From contig NC_057752.1 in NCBI RefSeq assembly GCF_004010195.1, positions 13,294,007-13,355,356 on the forward strand: 61,350 nucleotides of DNA. The letters are read 5' to 3'. Position 1 is the stretch's first letter. Every line of letters starts with the position of its first letter. The translations under genes were made by a program, and so were the position numbers. The stretch comes from Chiloscyllium plagiosum (taxonomy: Eukaryota). Shown here piece after piece: positions 13,310 to 25,363 of the stretch. The notes under the pieces are model-generated. The model saw nothing but the letters and a program-made list of their open reading frames with translations. It ran no database searches and was not told the DNA's origin.

Positions 13310-13610
13310 TCCTTTACTCATTCATGGGATGAGGGCGTTGCTGGCTAGGCCCAGCATTTATTGCCCATCGCTAATTGCCCTGAGGGCAGTTGAGAACCAA
13401 CCCCATTGCTGTGGGTCTGGAGTCACATGTTGGGCCAGACCAAGTAAGGATGGCAGTTTCCTTCCCTAAAGGACATGAGTGAACCCGATGGGGCTTTTCC
13501 GACAAATTTCACCATTGGCTGTGGCGGGATTCAAGCCCGTGTCCCCAGGATGAACTGAGGAGTGCAGATGAGTATTCCAGCGATAATTTCACTAGGCCAT
13601 CGCCTCCCTG
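13310..13610 (-). mobile_element. Non-LTR retroposon 3' end (CR1/L2 group)
   Basis: Tail ...GGGCAATTAGCGATGGGCAATAAATGCTGGGCCTAGCCAGC on minus, shared with the 50790 copy and 59150-59215. Confidence 0.6.
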
Positions 13611-15287
13611 TTTGATTATGTCATGCTTGTGTCAGTGTGGGCTGTAGCCATCGTCATTGGCTGTCTGTCAATTTCCAGATGACAGGATTGTTGAGTTTCT
13701 GTTGTGGATTTTCATGTGAGTGAGCAGGCTCGTTCTCGAGGCCCTGGGTCTTAGGGCACCTGGGGGCAGGATGTAGTCCCGTGAGGTCGTGGGATCCGCA
13801 AGGCAGGATTTGCTCCCTCTCCCTTCCTTCTCTGTAGCTCCTTTGCCTCATCTTGAAGACTCAGCGTGATATAGTTCAATGGACAAGTTGTTGCCATTTC
13901 AAACAATTGGGAGCGAGCCCCCCCCCCCCCCGCCCCAATCATTAACGTCAAGAGCATCTTTGAAGTGTTTGACTTTGTCCTCTCCTGGAACACTGGCTCT
14001 TTGAGAATTGGAAGGACAAGATCTAGCAGAGATGGCAGGGAAGAGAGGTTTGGGGGGTGGGGGGGGAGTGGATGCTTTTCAGATGTTGCCTGAATGCTTC
14101 AAGATAAGCACAGACATTGTTTGATGACAGGAAAGCTGTGACAGAGCTAGAAAACAGCACACATTTAGTGTCATGAGTCACAGAGATGTACAGCATGGAA
14201 ATGGATCCTACGATCCAACTCGTCCATGCCGACCGGATATCAGAAATTAATTTAGTCCCATTTGCCAGCATTTGGCCCATATCCCTCCAAACCCTTCATA
14301 TAACCACCCAGATGCCTTTTAAATGTTGTCATTGTACCAGCCTCCACCACTTCCTCTGGCAGCTCATTCCATACACGTACCACCCTCTGTGTGAAAAAGT
14401 TACTCCTAAGTTCCCTTTTATATCTTTCCCCACTCACTTTAAACCTATGCCCTCTAGTTTTGGACTTCCCCACCCCAAGGAAAAAACCTTGTCTATTTAT
14501 CCTATCTATGCCCCTCATGATTTTATAAACCTCTATGAGGTCACCCCTCAGCCTCCGACGCTCCAGGGAAAACAGCCCCAGCCTGTTCAGCCTCTCCCTA
14601 TAGCTCAAATCCTCCAACCCTGGCAACATCCTTGTAAATCTTTTCTGCACCCTTTCAGGTTTCACAACATCCTTCCTATAGCAAGGAGACCAGAATTGCA
14701 TGCAGTATTCCAAAAGTGGCCTAACCAATGTCCTGTACATCCACAACATGACGACCCAACTCCTATACTCAGTGCATTGACCAATAAAGGAAAGCATACC
14801 AAACGCCTTCTTCACTATCCTATCTACCTGCGACTCCACCTTAAAGGAGCTATGAACCTGCACTCCAAGGTCTCTTTGTTCAGCAACACTCCCTAGGACC
14901 TTACCATTAAGATAAGTCCTGCTAAGATTTGCTTTCCCAAAATGCAGCACCTCACATTTATCTAAATTTAACTCCATCTGCCACTTCTCAGCCCATTGGC
15001 CCATCTGATCAAGATCCCATTGTAATCTGAGGTAACCCTCTTCGCTGTCCACTACACCTCCAATTTTGGTGTCATCTGAAAACTTACGAACCAGACCTCC
15101 TCTGTTCACATCCAAATTATTTATATAAATGAGGAAAAGTAGTGGACCCAGCACCGATCCTTGTGGCACACCATTGGTCACAGTCCTCCGGTCTGAAAAA
15201 CAATCCTCCACCACCACCCTCTGTCTTCTACCTTTGAGCCAGTTCTGTATCCAAATGGCCAGTTCTTCCTGTATTCCATGAGATCTA

Positions 15288-15412
15288 CCACCTGATGAAG
15301 GAGCGTCGCTCCGAAAGCTAGTGTGCTTCCAATTAAACCTGTTGGACTATAACCTGGTGTTGTGTGATTTTTAACTTTGTACACCCCAGTCCAACACCGG
15401 TATCTCCAAATC
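15288..15412 (+). mobile_element. 125-bp hammerhead-containing insertion, family B (probable PLE terminal repeat)
   Basis: 15-bp TSD ATTCCATGAGATCTA (15273-15287, 15413-15427); the paralogous CR1 near 38490 shows the empty site. Confidence 0.92.
15289..15323 (+). ncRNA. Minimal type-I hammerhead ribozyme motif
   Basis: CAC-CTGATGA-A-GGAGC(GTC)GCTCC-GAA-AGCT-A-GTG: 3-bp helix I, 5-bp helix II, palindromic AGCT helix III, predicted cleavage after CUA (15320). Confidence 0.8.
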
Positions 15413-16543
15413 ATTCCATGAGATCTAACTTTGCTAATCAGTCTCCTATGAGAAACCCTGTCGAATGCCTTACTGAAATCCATATAGATCACATCTACCG
15501 CTCTGCCCTCATCAATCCTCTTTGTTGCTTCTTCAAAAAACTAAATCAAGTTTGTGAGACATGCTTTCCCACGCACAAAGCCATGTTGACTATCCCGAAT
15601 CAGTCCTTCCCTTTCCAAATACGTGTAAATCCTATCCCTCAGTTTTCCCTCCAACAACTTGCCCACCACTGAGGTCAGGCTCATTGGTCTATAGTTCCCT
15701 GGCTTGTCCTTACCACCCTTTTTAAACAGTGGCACCACGTTAGCCAACCTCCAGTCTTCAGGCATCTCACCTGTGACTATCGATGATACAAATATTTCAG
15801 CAAGAGGCCCAGGGTACTAGGCCTCTAGGGTACACCTGATCAGGTCCTGGGGATTTATCCACCTTTAACCGTTTCAAGACATCCAGCACTTCCTCCTCTG
15901 TAATATAGACATTTTTCAAGAGGTCACTATTTATTTCCACAAATTTCCACTCATCTTCCATATTCTTCTCTCCAGTAAACTCTGATGCAAAATACTCGTT
16001 TAGTATATCTCCCCGATCTCTTCTGGTTCCACACATAGCTGGCCTTGCTGATCTTTAAGGGGCCCTATTCTGTCCCTAGTTACCCTTTCGTCTTTAATGT
16101 ATTTGTAGAATCCCTTTGGATTCTCCTTAACCCTGTTTGCCAAAGGTTGAGTTCTCAGTGAATATTTTATTCACTAATTTGCTTTTCTATTGGATGTTGT
16201 CTTCTGAGATGCTGGGAGAAAGTCTTCCAGTCCTCACTTATAAATGTTTTTTCTTCCTCTCTGCTCTGCTCAAAGGCAGCTGTCGAAATATAGTTCAGTG
16301 TGCATTCCTGAGTCTGGCTGCATTGTCTTTCCAAGCTGGCTAACTAGCAGGCATGCCTTTCATCCCCAAGACGTGAAACTACCACACACATGAATGAAAA
16401 TAGGCGGTGCAAATTTCTTGGCACTGACTCAGTTGCCTCATGGTGACATCTTTAAATACAATTGGGAATGTCAGTGCAGTCATTTTGTTGATTGCATATG
16501 GGTCTCACGAAGCTTACCTCAATCTGTGGTTAGCTGAATTAGC

Positions 16544-16812
16544 TGGCACGGTAGCTCAGTGGTAGGCACCACTACCTCGTGGTGCCAAGGACCTGGGTTT
16601 GATTCCAGCCTCAGGCTACTGTCTGTATGGAGTTTGCATGTTCTCCCTGTGTGCAGGTTTCCTCCCACAGTCCAAAGGTGTGCAAGTTAGGTGGATTGGC
16701 CTTGGGGAATGCAGGGTTTTTGGGTAGGATGGGTTAGGATTGGATGCTTGTTCAGAGGATCTATGTGTACTTGATGGGCTGAATGGTCTGCTTCCAACTG
16801 TAGAGACTCTAT
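16544..16812 (+). mobile_element. HE1-type SINE, diverged
   Basis: tRNA head GGCACGGTAGCTCAGTGG...GGGTTTGATTCC. Confidence 0.85.
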
Positions 16813-16924
16813 GTGCATTCAAGTGTGTTCCTTCCTTTATACAAAAACATCTTATTCCATCAAAGCCCTCAGGTATAACAATCAGATGATGGAAGTTGAA
16901 TTCAATGTTTGATATTTACTGTTA

Positions 16925-17975
16925 TTATAACAGAAGATTGTGGGTTTAAGTCCCATTCCAGAGATCTTTGCACAATATCTAGGCTGACATTCTCAGTGCA
17001 GCATTGAAGGAGTGTTCTACTGTTGGAAATGTCATCTTTCATTTCCGATTTCAGACTGAGCCCTTAGTGAGAGTCTTGTTGAGGCTTTAGGGGTTGGGGG
17101 TGTGTGTCTCACCTGCTGGCTGGATACACTGCCTCTTCCAAGGAAAGCCCGCCAAATGATAAGCCAGCCAGACAAATCGGTTGCTAGCCTGTGACGAGCC
17201 CAGTAAAGGTTGCTGGCTCGTCACAGGCTAGCAACCCATGTGCTCAGCAGCGTCACAGACCAGGTCAAGGCTGCTGCTGGAATTGCACCTCCAAACTTCC
17301 AGGAATGCAGAGCAGCCTGGGGTGAAATTATTTGTGGTGGAATGAGTAGGGGGTGGGGAACATGTGGAGAGGGGACAGGTGACTGGAAGCAGGGGCAAGA
17401 TAGGGGGGAGTGAGACCCAATAGGCACCCCCTGGTCTGTGTCCAATTGCTCAATGAGGTACTGATTGCCTTTGATTAAGGCTTGTCTTGGAGGTGATGAG
17501 CTCGTTGAGCTCTCAGGTAGGTTACGTGGCAACTGACCTGACTGCAGCTGGGCAAAAGCCCGGAAGTAGTCATCAGTTGGCCGATTAAAGGCCTCAAATT
17601 AGCAGAGGGTGAGGAAGTTTGATCGAGGGCCTTCCCACCCAGACTATTTCCAGGCAGGTGGCAGAGTTTGGCTCCGGCACCAACCGCACCTATTTAAGTG
17701 CCCATCCCGAGCTCCGAGAGAGCAGAAGATACCAGCCTTATCATGCCTTCCCAGCTGGGTGGATCGATGGCACTATTTTAAAAAGAGCAGGGCAGCTTTC
17801 CCGAGTGTCCAGGTCAACATTCATCCCTTTGTCTCTGTTAATCACCACACTGCTGTGTATGAGAGCTTGCTGTGCAGACATTAGCTGCTGCATTTCCTGC
17901 ACTTACAACAGTGCTTTATTAGCTGTAACGTCTTTTGGGTCATCCTGAGGTGCTATATGAATGCACGTCTTTCTT
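16925..17975 (+). mobile_element. DeuSINE/SacSINE1-like relic split by an insertion of about 670 bp
   Basis: 5' half GTGGGTTTAAGTCCCATTCCAG..CTAGGCTGACA..CAGTGCAG (16925-17068); 3' half ATGGCACTATTTT..AAGAGCAGGG...GCTATATGAATGCACGTCTTTC (17740-17975). Collinear with copies near 50700-51380 and 54040-54230. Confidence 0.6.
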
Positions 17976-18254
17976 TACAGATCCACTTTCAACAACTTGT
18001 ACGAGTGGCCCTTCTTCCACAGGTATGACAAGGGGGCAGCAGTATATTGAAGTACCCATTCCCGGCTATGTGTTACAAGAGTTCTGTAGTCAGGATCTTG
18101 AATCCTGCCTGAATTATCCCCTCCAATAGCCCTACTGTGCAGAGCCAATTGTAGAGTTCCTTTACACACCTCTCAGCTACAGAACAACACTCAGGAACTA
18201 CCTGAGTTGTTAGGGTCATCAGTAACCACACTATCCAATTGGATTATAGTTATC

Positions 18255-18557
18255 ATCAAATCCTTACAGTGTGGAAGCAGGCCATTCAGCCCATTGTGTC
18301 CACACCAACCCTCTGAGGAGGAGTATCCCACCCAGACTCACCTCCCTACCCTATCCCTGTAACCCTGCATTTCCCATGGCTAACCAAACTAGCCTACACA
18401 CTCCTGGACACAATGGCATAGCCAATTCAGCTAATCTTCAGACTGTGGGAGGAAACACACAGAATGTGCAAACTCCACATAAACAGTCACCAAAGGCTGG
18501 AATCGAACCCAGGTCCCTGGCCCTGTGTGACAGCAGCGCTAACCACTGAGCCACCGT
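18255..18557 (-). mobile_element. HE1-type SINE
   Basis: Head/body/tail match. Confidence 0.88.
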
Positions 18558-19178
18558 CATAAAGTGCTTCATCTCTGAACACTGACCTGTGCTATACGCC
18601 TGAAGTACAAGGCTTCCATTGGGTTGGAGACTTGCTTGGAGCAAGCTAAGCTTGGAGAACTGGGTCTTAATGTTACAGCTGTACCTCCAGCCTGAGCATA
18701 TGTAATGAGATCCAAATCTCCTCTTTTACTGAAACTTCTTTCAATAAACAGGAGAATGGGGTTGAGAAACATATCAACTGTGATTGAATGAGACTCACTG
18801 GGCCAAATGGCTGAATTCTGCTATTAGATCTGATGGTATGTTTAGTCTTATGGTCTAACAGCACAGAACTCCACAGGATTGATATTAGCCAGTGTGATCG
18901 GAGCCATTTGAGGACAAAAGACAGAAGCAAGAAGGTTAACAAAATGGCATGAGAAAGCAGTGGGGGCATGTTTGTTGTGTTGCCAGTGGCATGTCAATTT
19001 TCCAACAGTGGGAAAGCTGGTGAATCTTCTGCTCGAACCACTGAAATGTAATGGTTTCAATGAAATGCTGCAGGACAGTGTAATGTCAACCACATTGGGG
19101 TGTTGGTCATATATAGGCCAGACTGGGTAAGGGCGGCCACCCTGTTTCCCACACTACAGCAGTGACTCCATTCCCGAA

Positions 19179-19503
19179 GGATGGCACAGTGGCTCAGTGG
19201 GTAGCACTGCTGCCTCACAGCACCAGGGACCTGGGTTTGATTCTAGCCTCGGGCGACTGTGTGGAGTTTGTACACTCTCCCCGTGTCTGCATGGGTTTCC
19301 TTTGGGTGCTCCGGTTTCCTCCCACAGTCCAAAGATGTGCAGGTTCGGTGAATTGACCACACTAAATTGCTCATAGTGTTCAGGGCTATGTAGGTTAGGT
19401 ACCTTAATCAGGAGTAAATGTAGAGGAATGGAATGGGTCTGGGTGGGTTTTCGGAGGGTTGGTGTGGACTTGTTGGGCCGAATGGCCTGTTTCCACACAG
19501 TGG
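19179..19503 (+). mobile_element. HE1-type SINE, near full length
   Basis: Head/body/tail match. Confidence 0.92.
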
Positions 19504-19639
19504 GGCAGCCTGAAAGTCACAAAAGATGCAAAGAAAATGCAAGGTTGGATATTGGACCAGTTGCATTTGTGCAACGATCTGACAGCTTTCTGGTCACTTT
19601 AGCTATCTTTCAATTCTCAAATTATTTTAACACTGAATT

Positions 19640-20570
19640 TAAATTCAGAAGTCAGGGACAACATAAAAGCAAAAGGAAAACGCATACAGTGTGGTGAAGA
19701 TTAGTGGGAAGCCAGAGGATTGGGAAGACTTTAAAAACCAGCAGAGAATAACTAAAAAAAAACAGCAATAAGGGGGAAGAAGATGAAATTTAAGAGTAAG
19801 CTAGCTCATAATATAACGGAAGATTGCAAGAGTATTTTTCGATACCTAAAGGGTAAGAGAGAGGCAAGAGTGGATGTTGGACCCCTGGAGAATGAGGCTG
19901 GAGACGTAGCACTGGGGAACAAAGAGGAACTGAACAGGAATTTTGTATCAGGTTACACAGTGGGAGACACCAGCAGCATACCAGAGCTTCAAGAGAGTCA
20001 GGGGACAGAGGTTAGTGCAGTGGCCATCATTAAGGAGAAGGTGCTGGGGAGGCTGAAGGTGGATAAATCACTCAGACCTGATGGACTACACCCCAGAGTT
20101 CTGAAGGAGAGAGCTGAGGAGATTGTGGAGGCATTGGTGGTGATCTTCCAGGAATCACTGGGGTCAGGGAGGGTCCCAGAGGACTGGAAAATGGCTAATG
20201 TAAATTCCTCCATTTAAGAAGGGAGCAAGGCAGAAGACAGGAAATTGTAGGTCAGTTAGCCTAACCTTGGGTATTGTTAAGATGTTAGAGTCTATTATTA
20301 AGGATGAGATTGTGGAGTAATTGGAAGTGTATGGTAAAATAGGGCTGAGTCAGCATGGCTTCATCAAGGGGAGGTCATGCCTGACAAATCTGTTAGAATT
20401 CTTTGAGGAGGTAATGAGCAAGTTAGACAAAGGAAAGCTAGTACACGTGCACTATTTGGATTTCCAGTTGTTCAGAGTGTCAGGCGAAATGGAGCCCAAA
20501 GGCAGGTAAATGGAACTGTGGGTCGAATCAGTCGTGATCTGATTGAGTGGGGGAGCAAGGTGGGGTGAAC
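19640..20570 (+). mobile_element. CR1 ORF2 middle fragment (tether and RT N-terminus), internally deleted
   Basis: LKVDKS..PDGLHPRVLKE, VPEDWKMANV, SQHGFIKGRSCLTNLLEFFEEV, YLDFQ. Confidence 0.9.
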
Positions 20571-21025
20571 TGCTGCAGTCCATGTGCTGTGGGTAGACCC
20601 ACAATCCCCTGAGGGAGGGAATTCCAGGATTTTGACCCAGCGACACTGAACAAACAGCGATATATTTCCAAGTCAGGATGGTGAGGGGCTCAGAGGGGAA
20701 CTTGAAGGGGCTGGTGTTCCCATGTATCTGCTGCCCTTGTCCTTCTAGATGGAAGTGGCCGTGGGTCGGGAAGGTGCTGTCTGAGGATCTTTGGTGAATT
20801 TCTGCAGCGCATCTTGTAGATGGTACACACTGCTGCTACTGAGCGTCGGAGCGAGTGGATGTTTGTGGATGTGGGGCCAATCAAGCGGCTGCTTTGTCCT
20901 GGATGGTGTCGAGCTTCTTGAGTGTTGTTGGAGCTGCCCCCATCCAGGACAAGTGGGGAGTATTCCCTCACACTCCTGACTTGTGAGTTGGAGATGGTGG
21001 GACAGGCTTCGGGGAGTCAGGAGGT
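20565..21025 (-). mobile_element. Non-LTR retrotransposon 3' fragment (CR1/L2 group)
   Basis: REYSPL..., RLIG.TSTNIHSL.RRSVAAVCTIYKMRC; related copies at about 3230-3380 and 50790-51105. Confidence 0.75.
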
Positions 21026-22164
21026 GTGTTATGTTTTCTAAGCTGATGAAATTGGCAAAGGAATCCATTCAAACTTCTTACAATGTTGTGACCGTGTCCA
21101 GACACACCAACTCAGATGCCTTGCGTAGATTTGCAGTTACCAATCTTTCTTGTTGGCATTAGTCTGAGATATTGGTACCAAGTGGCAAGGGATGTTTCTC
21201 ACAAAGTCCTCAGCAGAAGACTGGCTCAGTCTTGATAAAGAGTAGACGCTTATTCCACAATATTTTATAGCTGGTTACATTACATTTGAGATACAAGAAT
21301 CCATCATACTGCGACATAATACAAGCTGTCCTTAAGGGGAGGGTCACATTCCTGTGGCTGAAATGGTCTCACCCAGAACTGGTACTGAAGACCGGTTAGC
21401 TTTTTCCCTGGAACAGTCCTTTATACCCTGATAGGGGGAGAGTATTGCTATCGCCACTCCGATGGGAGTGCAGCAAGAACCATTTGCATCTGTCAACTGA
21501 AACTTGTTTGGCATTCTGATTGTCAACTCCCTGATGCCCTTGTTAAATTGATGTGGTGCTGTCTCACACTAACCATGAGGCCTCAGGTTCTGTTTCTGGC
21601 CTGTACAATTCAACTAATTTCTGTCTGGGCAGTAGGAGGGATGTTACAATGAGCCTCAGTAGATCCCGGAGCTGCAGAACAGAGATAGACAAATCTCCCA
21701 TTGAGCTTGCTAGGAAGTCTGGATGTTGAATAAGGATTGGATTGGGTTTAGGGAGAACTCTTGAGGATCAAACAAAAAACTCCCCATTCTCCACCCCGTG
21801 TTCCCTCTCCTCATGTCCTTCCCGTGTTCACTCCCCAAAACATCCCAACACCCATGACCTCCATGTTGCCTCATGTTCCCCTCACATTACATCCCATATG
21901 CCCTCCTTCTCGTGTCACCTTTCTCCCATTTACCCTCCATATTCCACCCCCCCTAAGTTATCCACATCTCCCCCACCCCACTTTGTGCCAGAGCATGAGA
22001 TGTACTTAGAATAACAGACATTATGGACCCCTCTTGATCATCAGTATAAGCTATGAATCATGCATTCATTTTGTACAGCATTTATTGGTGAGAATCCCTT
22101 TCTTCCTTGACTCTTTCATCTGTATCCATAATCAAACTCAAAGACTAAAACTGAATTTTTAACG

Positions 22165-22710
22165 ATAGATTGTCACCAGGGAAAATAGCCCTGGCCTATT
22201 CAGCCTCTTCCTATTGCTCAAACCTATGCCCTCTCGTTCTGGACTCGCCCACCCCAGGAGAACACCTTGTCTATTTACCCTATCTATGCCCCTCATGATT
22301 TTATAAACCTCTATAAGGTCACCCCTCAGCCTCCAACACTCCAGGGAAAACAGCCCCAGCCTATTCAGCCTCTCCCTATAACTCAGATCCTCCAACCCTG
22401 GCAACATCCTTGTAAATCTTTTCTGCACCCTTTCAAATTTCACAACATTCTTCCTGTAGAAGGGAGACCAGAATTGCACGCAATATTCCAACAGTGGCCT
22501 AATCAATGTCCTGTACAGCCGCAACATGACCTCCCAACTCAATGCCCTTCTCTGCATTAAGTTTCGTCTGTCACTTGTCTCCCCACAAGCCTGTCCATGC
22601 CTCTTGAAATCTTACACCACCATTCTAATGGTTCACAAAACTTCCAAGTTTTGTATCTTCTGCAAAGTTTGAAATTGTGCCCCGTGCAATCAAGCCAAAG
22701 TCATTAACGT
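22165..22710 (-). mobile_element. CR1 fragments
   Basis: SWEVMLRLYRTLIRPLLEYCVQFWSP...RFTRMLPGL. Confidence 0.9.
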
Positions 22711-22716
22711 AGAGTC

Positions 22717-23266
22717 TCAGGTTCAATTCTAGCCGCAGACGACTGTCTGTGTGGAGACGGCACATTTTGTTTTAGATTAGATTACTTACAGTGTGGAAAC
22801 GGGCCCTTCGGCCCTACAAATCCAAACCGACCCTCCAAAGGGCAACCCACCCTCGACCTATTCCCCTATATTTACCCCTTCACCTAACACTACGGGCAAT
22901 TTAGCATGGCCAATTCATCTGACCTGCACATTTTTGGACTGTGGAAGGAAACCGGAGTACCCGGAGGAAACCCACGCAGACACGGGGAGAATGTGCAAAC
23001 TCCAGTCAGTGGCCTGAGGCGGGAATTGAACGCGGGTCTCCGGCGCTGTGAGGCAACAGTGCTAACCACTGTGCCACCGTGCTGCACATTCTCCCTGTGT
23101 CTGCGTGGGTTTCCTCCGGGTACCCCGGTTTCCTCCCACTGTCCAAAGATGTGCAGGTCAGGTGAATTGCCCATAGTGTTAGGTGCATTAGTCTGAGTGG
23201 GTTACTCTTCGGAGGGTCAATGTTGGGCCGAAGGGCCTGTTTCCACACTGGAGGGAATCTAATCTA
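22717..23266. mobile_element. Nested HE1 SINEs: minus-strand copy (22767-23083) inside plus-strand copy
   Basis: TSD GCACATT at 22760-22766 and 23084-23090. Confidence 0.9.
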
Positions 23267-23727
23267 GATCAAGAAAAGCAGAGGTTCTCTAGTCAACTCA
23301 TGAAGGAATGGGAAACCTTCCTTCAGTCCGAAAAGCAGCGTCCTTGGCTCCCATGAATTCCCACTCCGCTGGTGTGAAACTTTGCTTGATATCAAAATGA
23401 CTTTTCGAATTTAGCCTCTGGAAACCCCTAACTGAATCTCGATAAGACGAAAGCCACATTCTGCTGGACGTGAAATTATTGTGCAAGAGTGTAAGGGTCT
23501 GAAAGCATTGAAGTTGGGGTGTGCTTTAAGCCCTGGCAAATGGTGATGATCTCTCCTGGACTGGGAAGATCACCAAGACAAAGCACCTAACACTGAGATC
23601 TCCCTTAGCGTCAGGTTACAACCAGGCCCCTGGGCAAAGTTCCCCAATTCATTCTGGTTCCAGAAGAGATCATCCAAAGCCAGGGAAGGATGAAATGGCT
23701 CCACTTCTTTATTCACCCGCTCCCTTG

Positions 23728-23742
23728 GTTGCCCATGGCAAC
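23728..23742. promoter_or_regulatory. Candidate RFX X-box
   Basis: GTTGCC-CAT-GGCAAC fits the X-box consensus GTNRCC(N0-3)RGYAAC in apparently unique sequence. Confidence 0.45.
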
Positions 23743-24473
23743 TCAGTTTAAAAAGAAACTCTTTCTCCCAGACATGGGTGATGTTTAAAATGGAGCCAAG
23801 AGTGAACAGAAAGAGTGCGATTATTAATTACTGCATGCACAAAGAAATAACAACGCAACACGCAAAGGCCGGAAGTACAAGGTGAGTCCAAAAAGATAAA
23901 AGCAAATTCAAGAAGAGCAGATAGCTGCTGCAGCAGATGCAACTGGTCGTGTTGACATTGGCAATTGAACAGACAATATTTGAAAACTCTGGGTTTTGTG
24001 TGCTGATTGAAGTTCCCTTTCTTTGATTAGTGTTTAAACTGGCTTGCAGTGCCTGAAGTAAGAGAGGATTTTTTTTTCCCTGCAACACATCAGTAACTCA
24101 GGGGATACTTGTCTGACTGTCACCTTTATAGAACTTTTACCACCCAAACCAAGCCAGGTACACACAAGAGCATCCAGTCCCACTAGCCCCCTCCAGTACG
24201 GTTGAAATTACCCTGTCCGTGTGTGTATTCTTCGAAGGGAAATACATAATCTGAGGGGAAAGGGTGAGGAGGGGTTGGCTTCCAGTTGAGTAGGGGGTGG
24301 TCAGCTCCTCTTTATCTGTGTAGACAGGGCAGACCACAGCTGAAGTTTCTTTGATACTGCAGACGTCTCATTCCATCAATCTCACTGCTCCTCAACAGAC
24401 AGTGACTGAATTTAAATCCGCAAATTTTCCGTCGCAATTTTCCTTTCAAAAACAACGCATAGCATTATAAAGT

Positions 24474-25363
24474 TGTAGTGATTGGAACCTGGTGGATCTT
24501 ATTGACTATGAGGTCTTTGATTGGGGTTGTTAACCTGGAGAAAGTGAGGACTGCAGATGCTGGAGGTATCCGAATTGAAAAGTGTGGTGCTGGAAAAGCA
24601 CGGCAGGTCAGGCAGCATCCGAGGAGCAGGAGAATCAAGACAGGTAGGACAGGTCATGAGAGCGGTGCCGAGTTGAAGGACTGGATCTGGGAGAACCTGG
24701 GGAGAGGGGTGATGAGGAAACTGGTGAAATCAACATTGATGCTGTGTCGTTGGAGGGTCCCAAGGCGGAAGATGAGGCATTCTTCCTCCAGGCATCAGGT
24801 GGTAAGGGTTTGGTTGTGGTGGAGGCCCAGGACCTGCATGTCCTTGACGGAATGGGAGGGAGAGTTGAAGTATTCAGCCACGGGGCGGTGGGGTGGTTAG
24901 TGCGGATGTCACAGAGATATTCCCTGAAACGTTCCACAGGTTGGCGTCCTGTCTCCCCAACGTAGAGGAGACCACATCGAGAGCAACGGACACAGTAGAT
25001 GAGGTGTTAGGAGGTGCAGGAAAATCTCTGTTATAGGTGGAAGGATCCTTTAGGGCCTTGAATGGAGGTGAGGGAGGAGGTTTGGGCACAGGTTTTGCAC
25101 CTCTCGTGGCGGCAAGGGAAGGTGCCAGAAGTGGAGGGTGGGTTGGTGGGGGGTGTGGACCTAACGCTGGAGTCACAGAGGGAATGGAATGTTATTAACC
25201 TGGGTCAATCAGGGAGCTCTGGCTGACAGATGCAAACAGATGATTGAAAATCTCCGCATTTCAGGAACTGACTCTGAGCTGGCTGACCACAGCCAGTATA
25301 CTGTGCACATGTGAATAAAGGGTGACTTGGTGACAGGATACCAGCCTCTGTGCAGTTATTTCA
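24474..25363 (+). mobile_element. Solo LTR (TG...CA) interrupted by a PLE
   Basis: TGTAGTGA...TTAACCTGG / TCAATCAGGGAG...AATAAAGGGTGACTTGG...GTTATTTCA; collinear with 47330-47549. Confidence 0.7.
24539..25190 (-). mobile_element. PLE 3' end: GIY-YIG endonuclease remnant plus family A terminal sequence
   Basis: CKTC..., LIYCVRCSRCGLLYVGETGR..VERFREYL, INVDF; TSD GTT(G/A)TTAACCTGG (24526-24538, 25191-25203). Confidence 0.9.

Larger units (their letters stand above)
14170..16145 (-). mobile_element. CR1 LINE, 5'-truncated, young; ORF2 RT domain
   Basis: KSPGPD, PEDWRLANVVPLFKKG..PGNYRP.SLTS, QHGF, DFSKAFD, GVPQGSVLGPLLF, FSDDTK; ORF 14252-15217 (321 aa). Confidence 0.97.

Noticed and set aside
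14252..15217. Longest real ORF (321 aa) as a host gene
   Set aside because: C-terminal part of CR1 ORF2 with the catalytic motif altered (FSDD) and the upstream frame broken.
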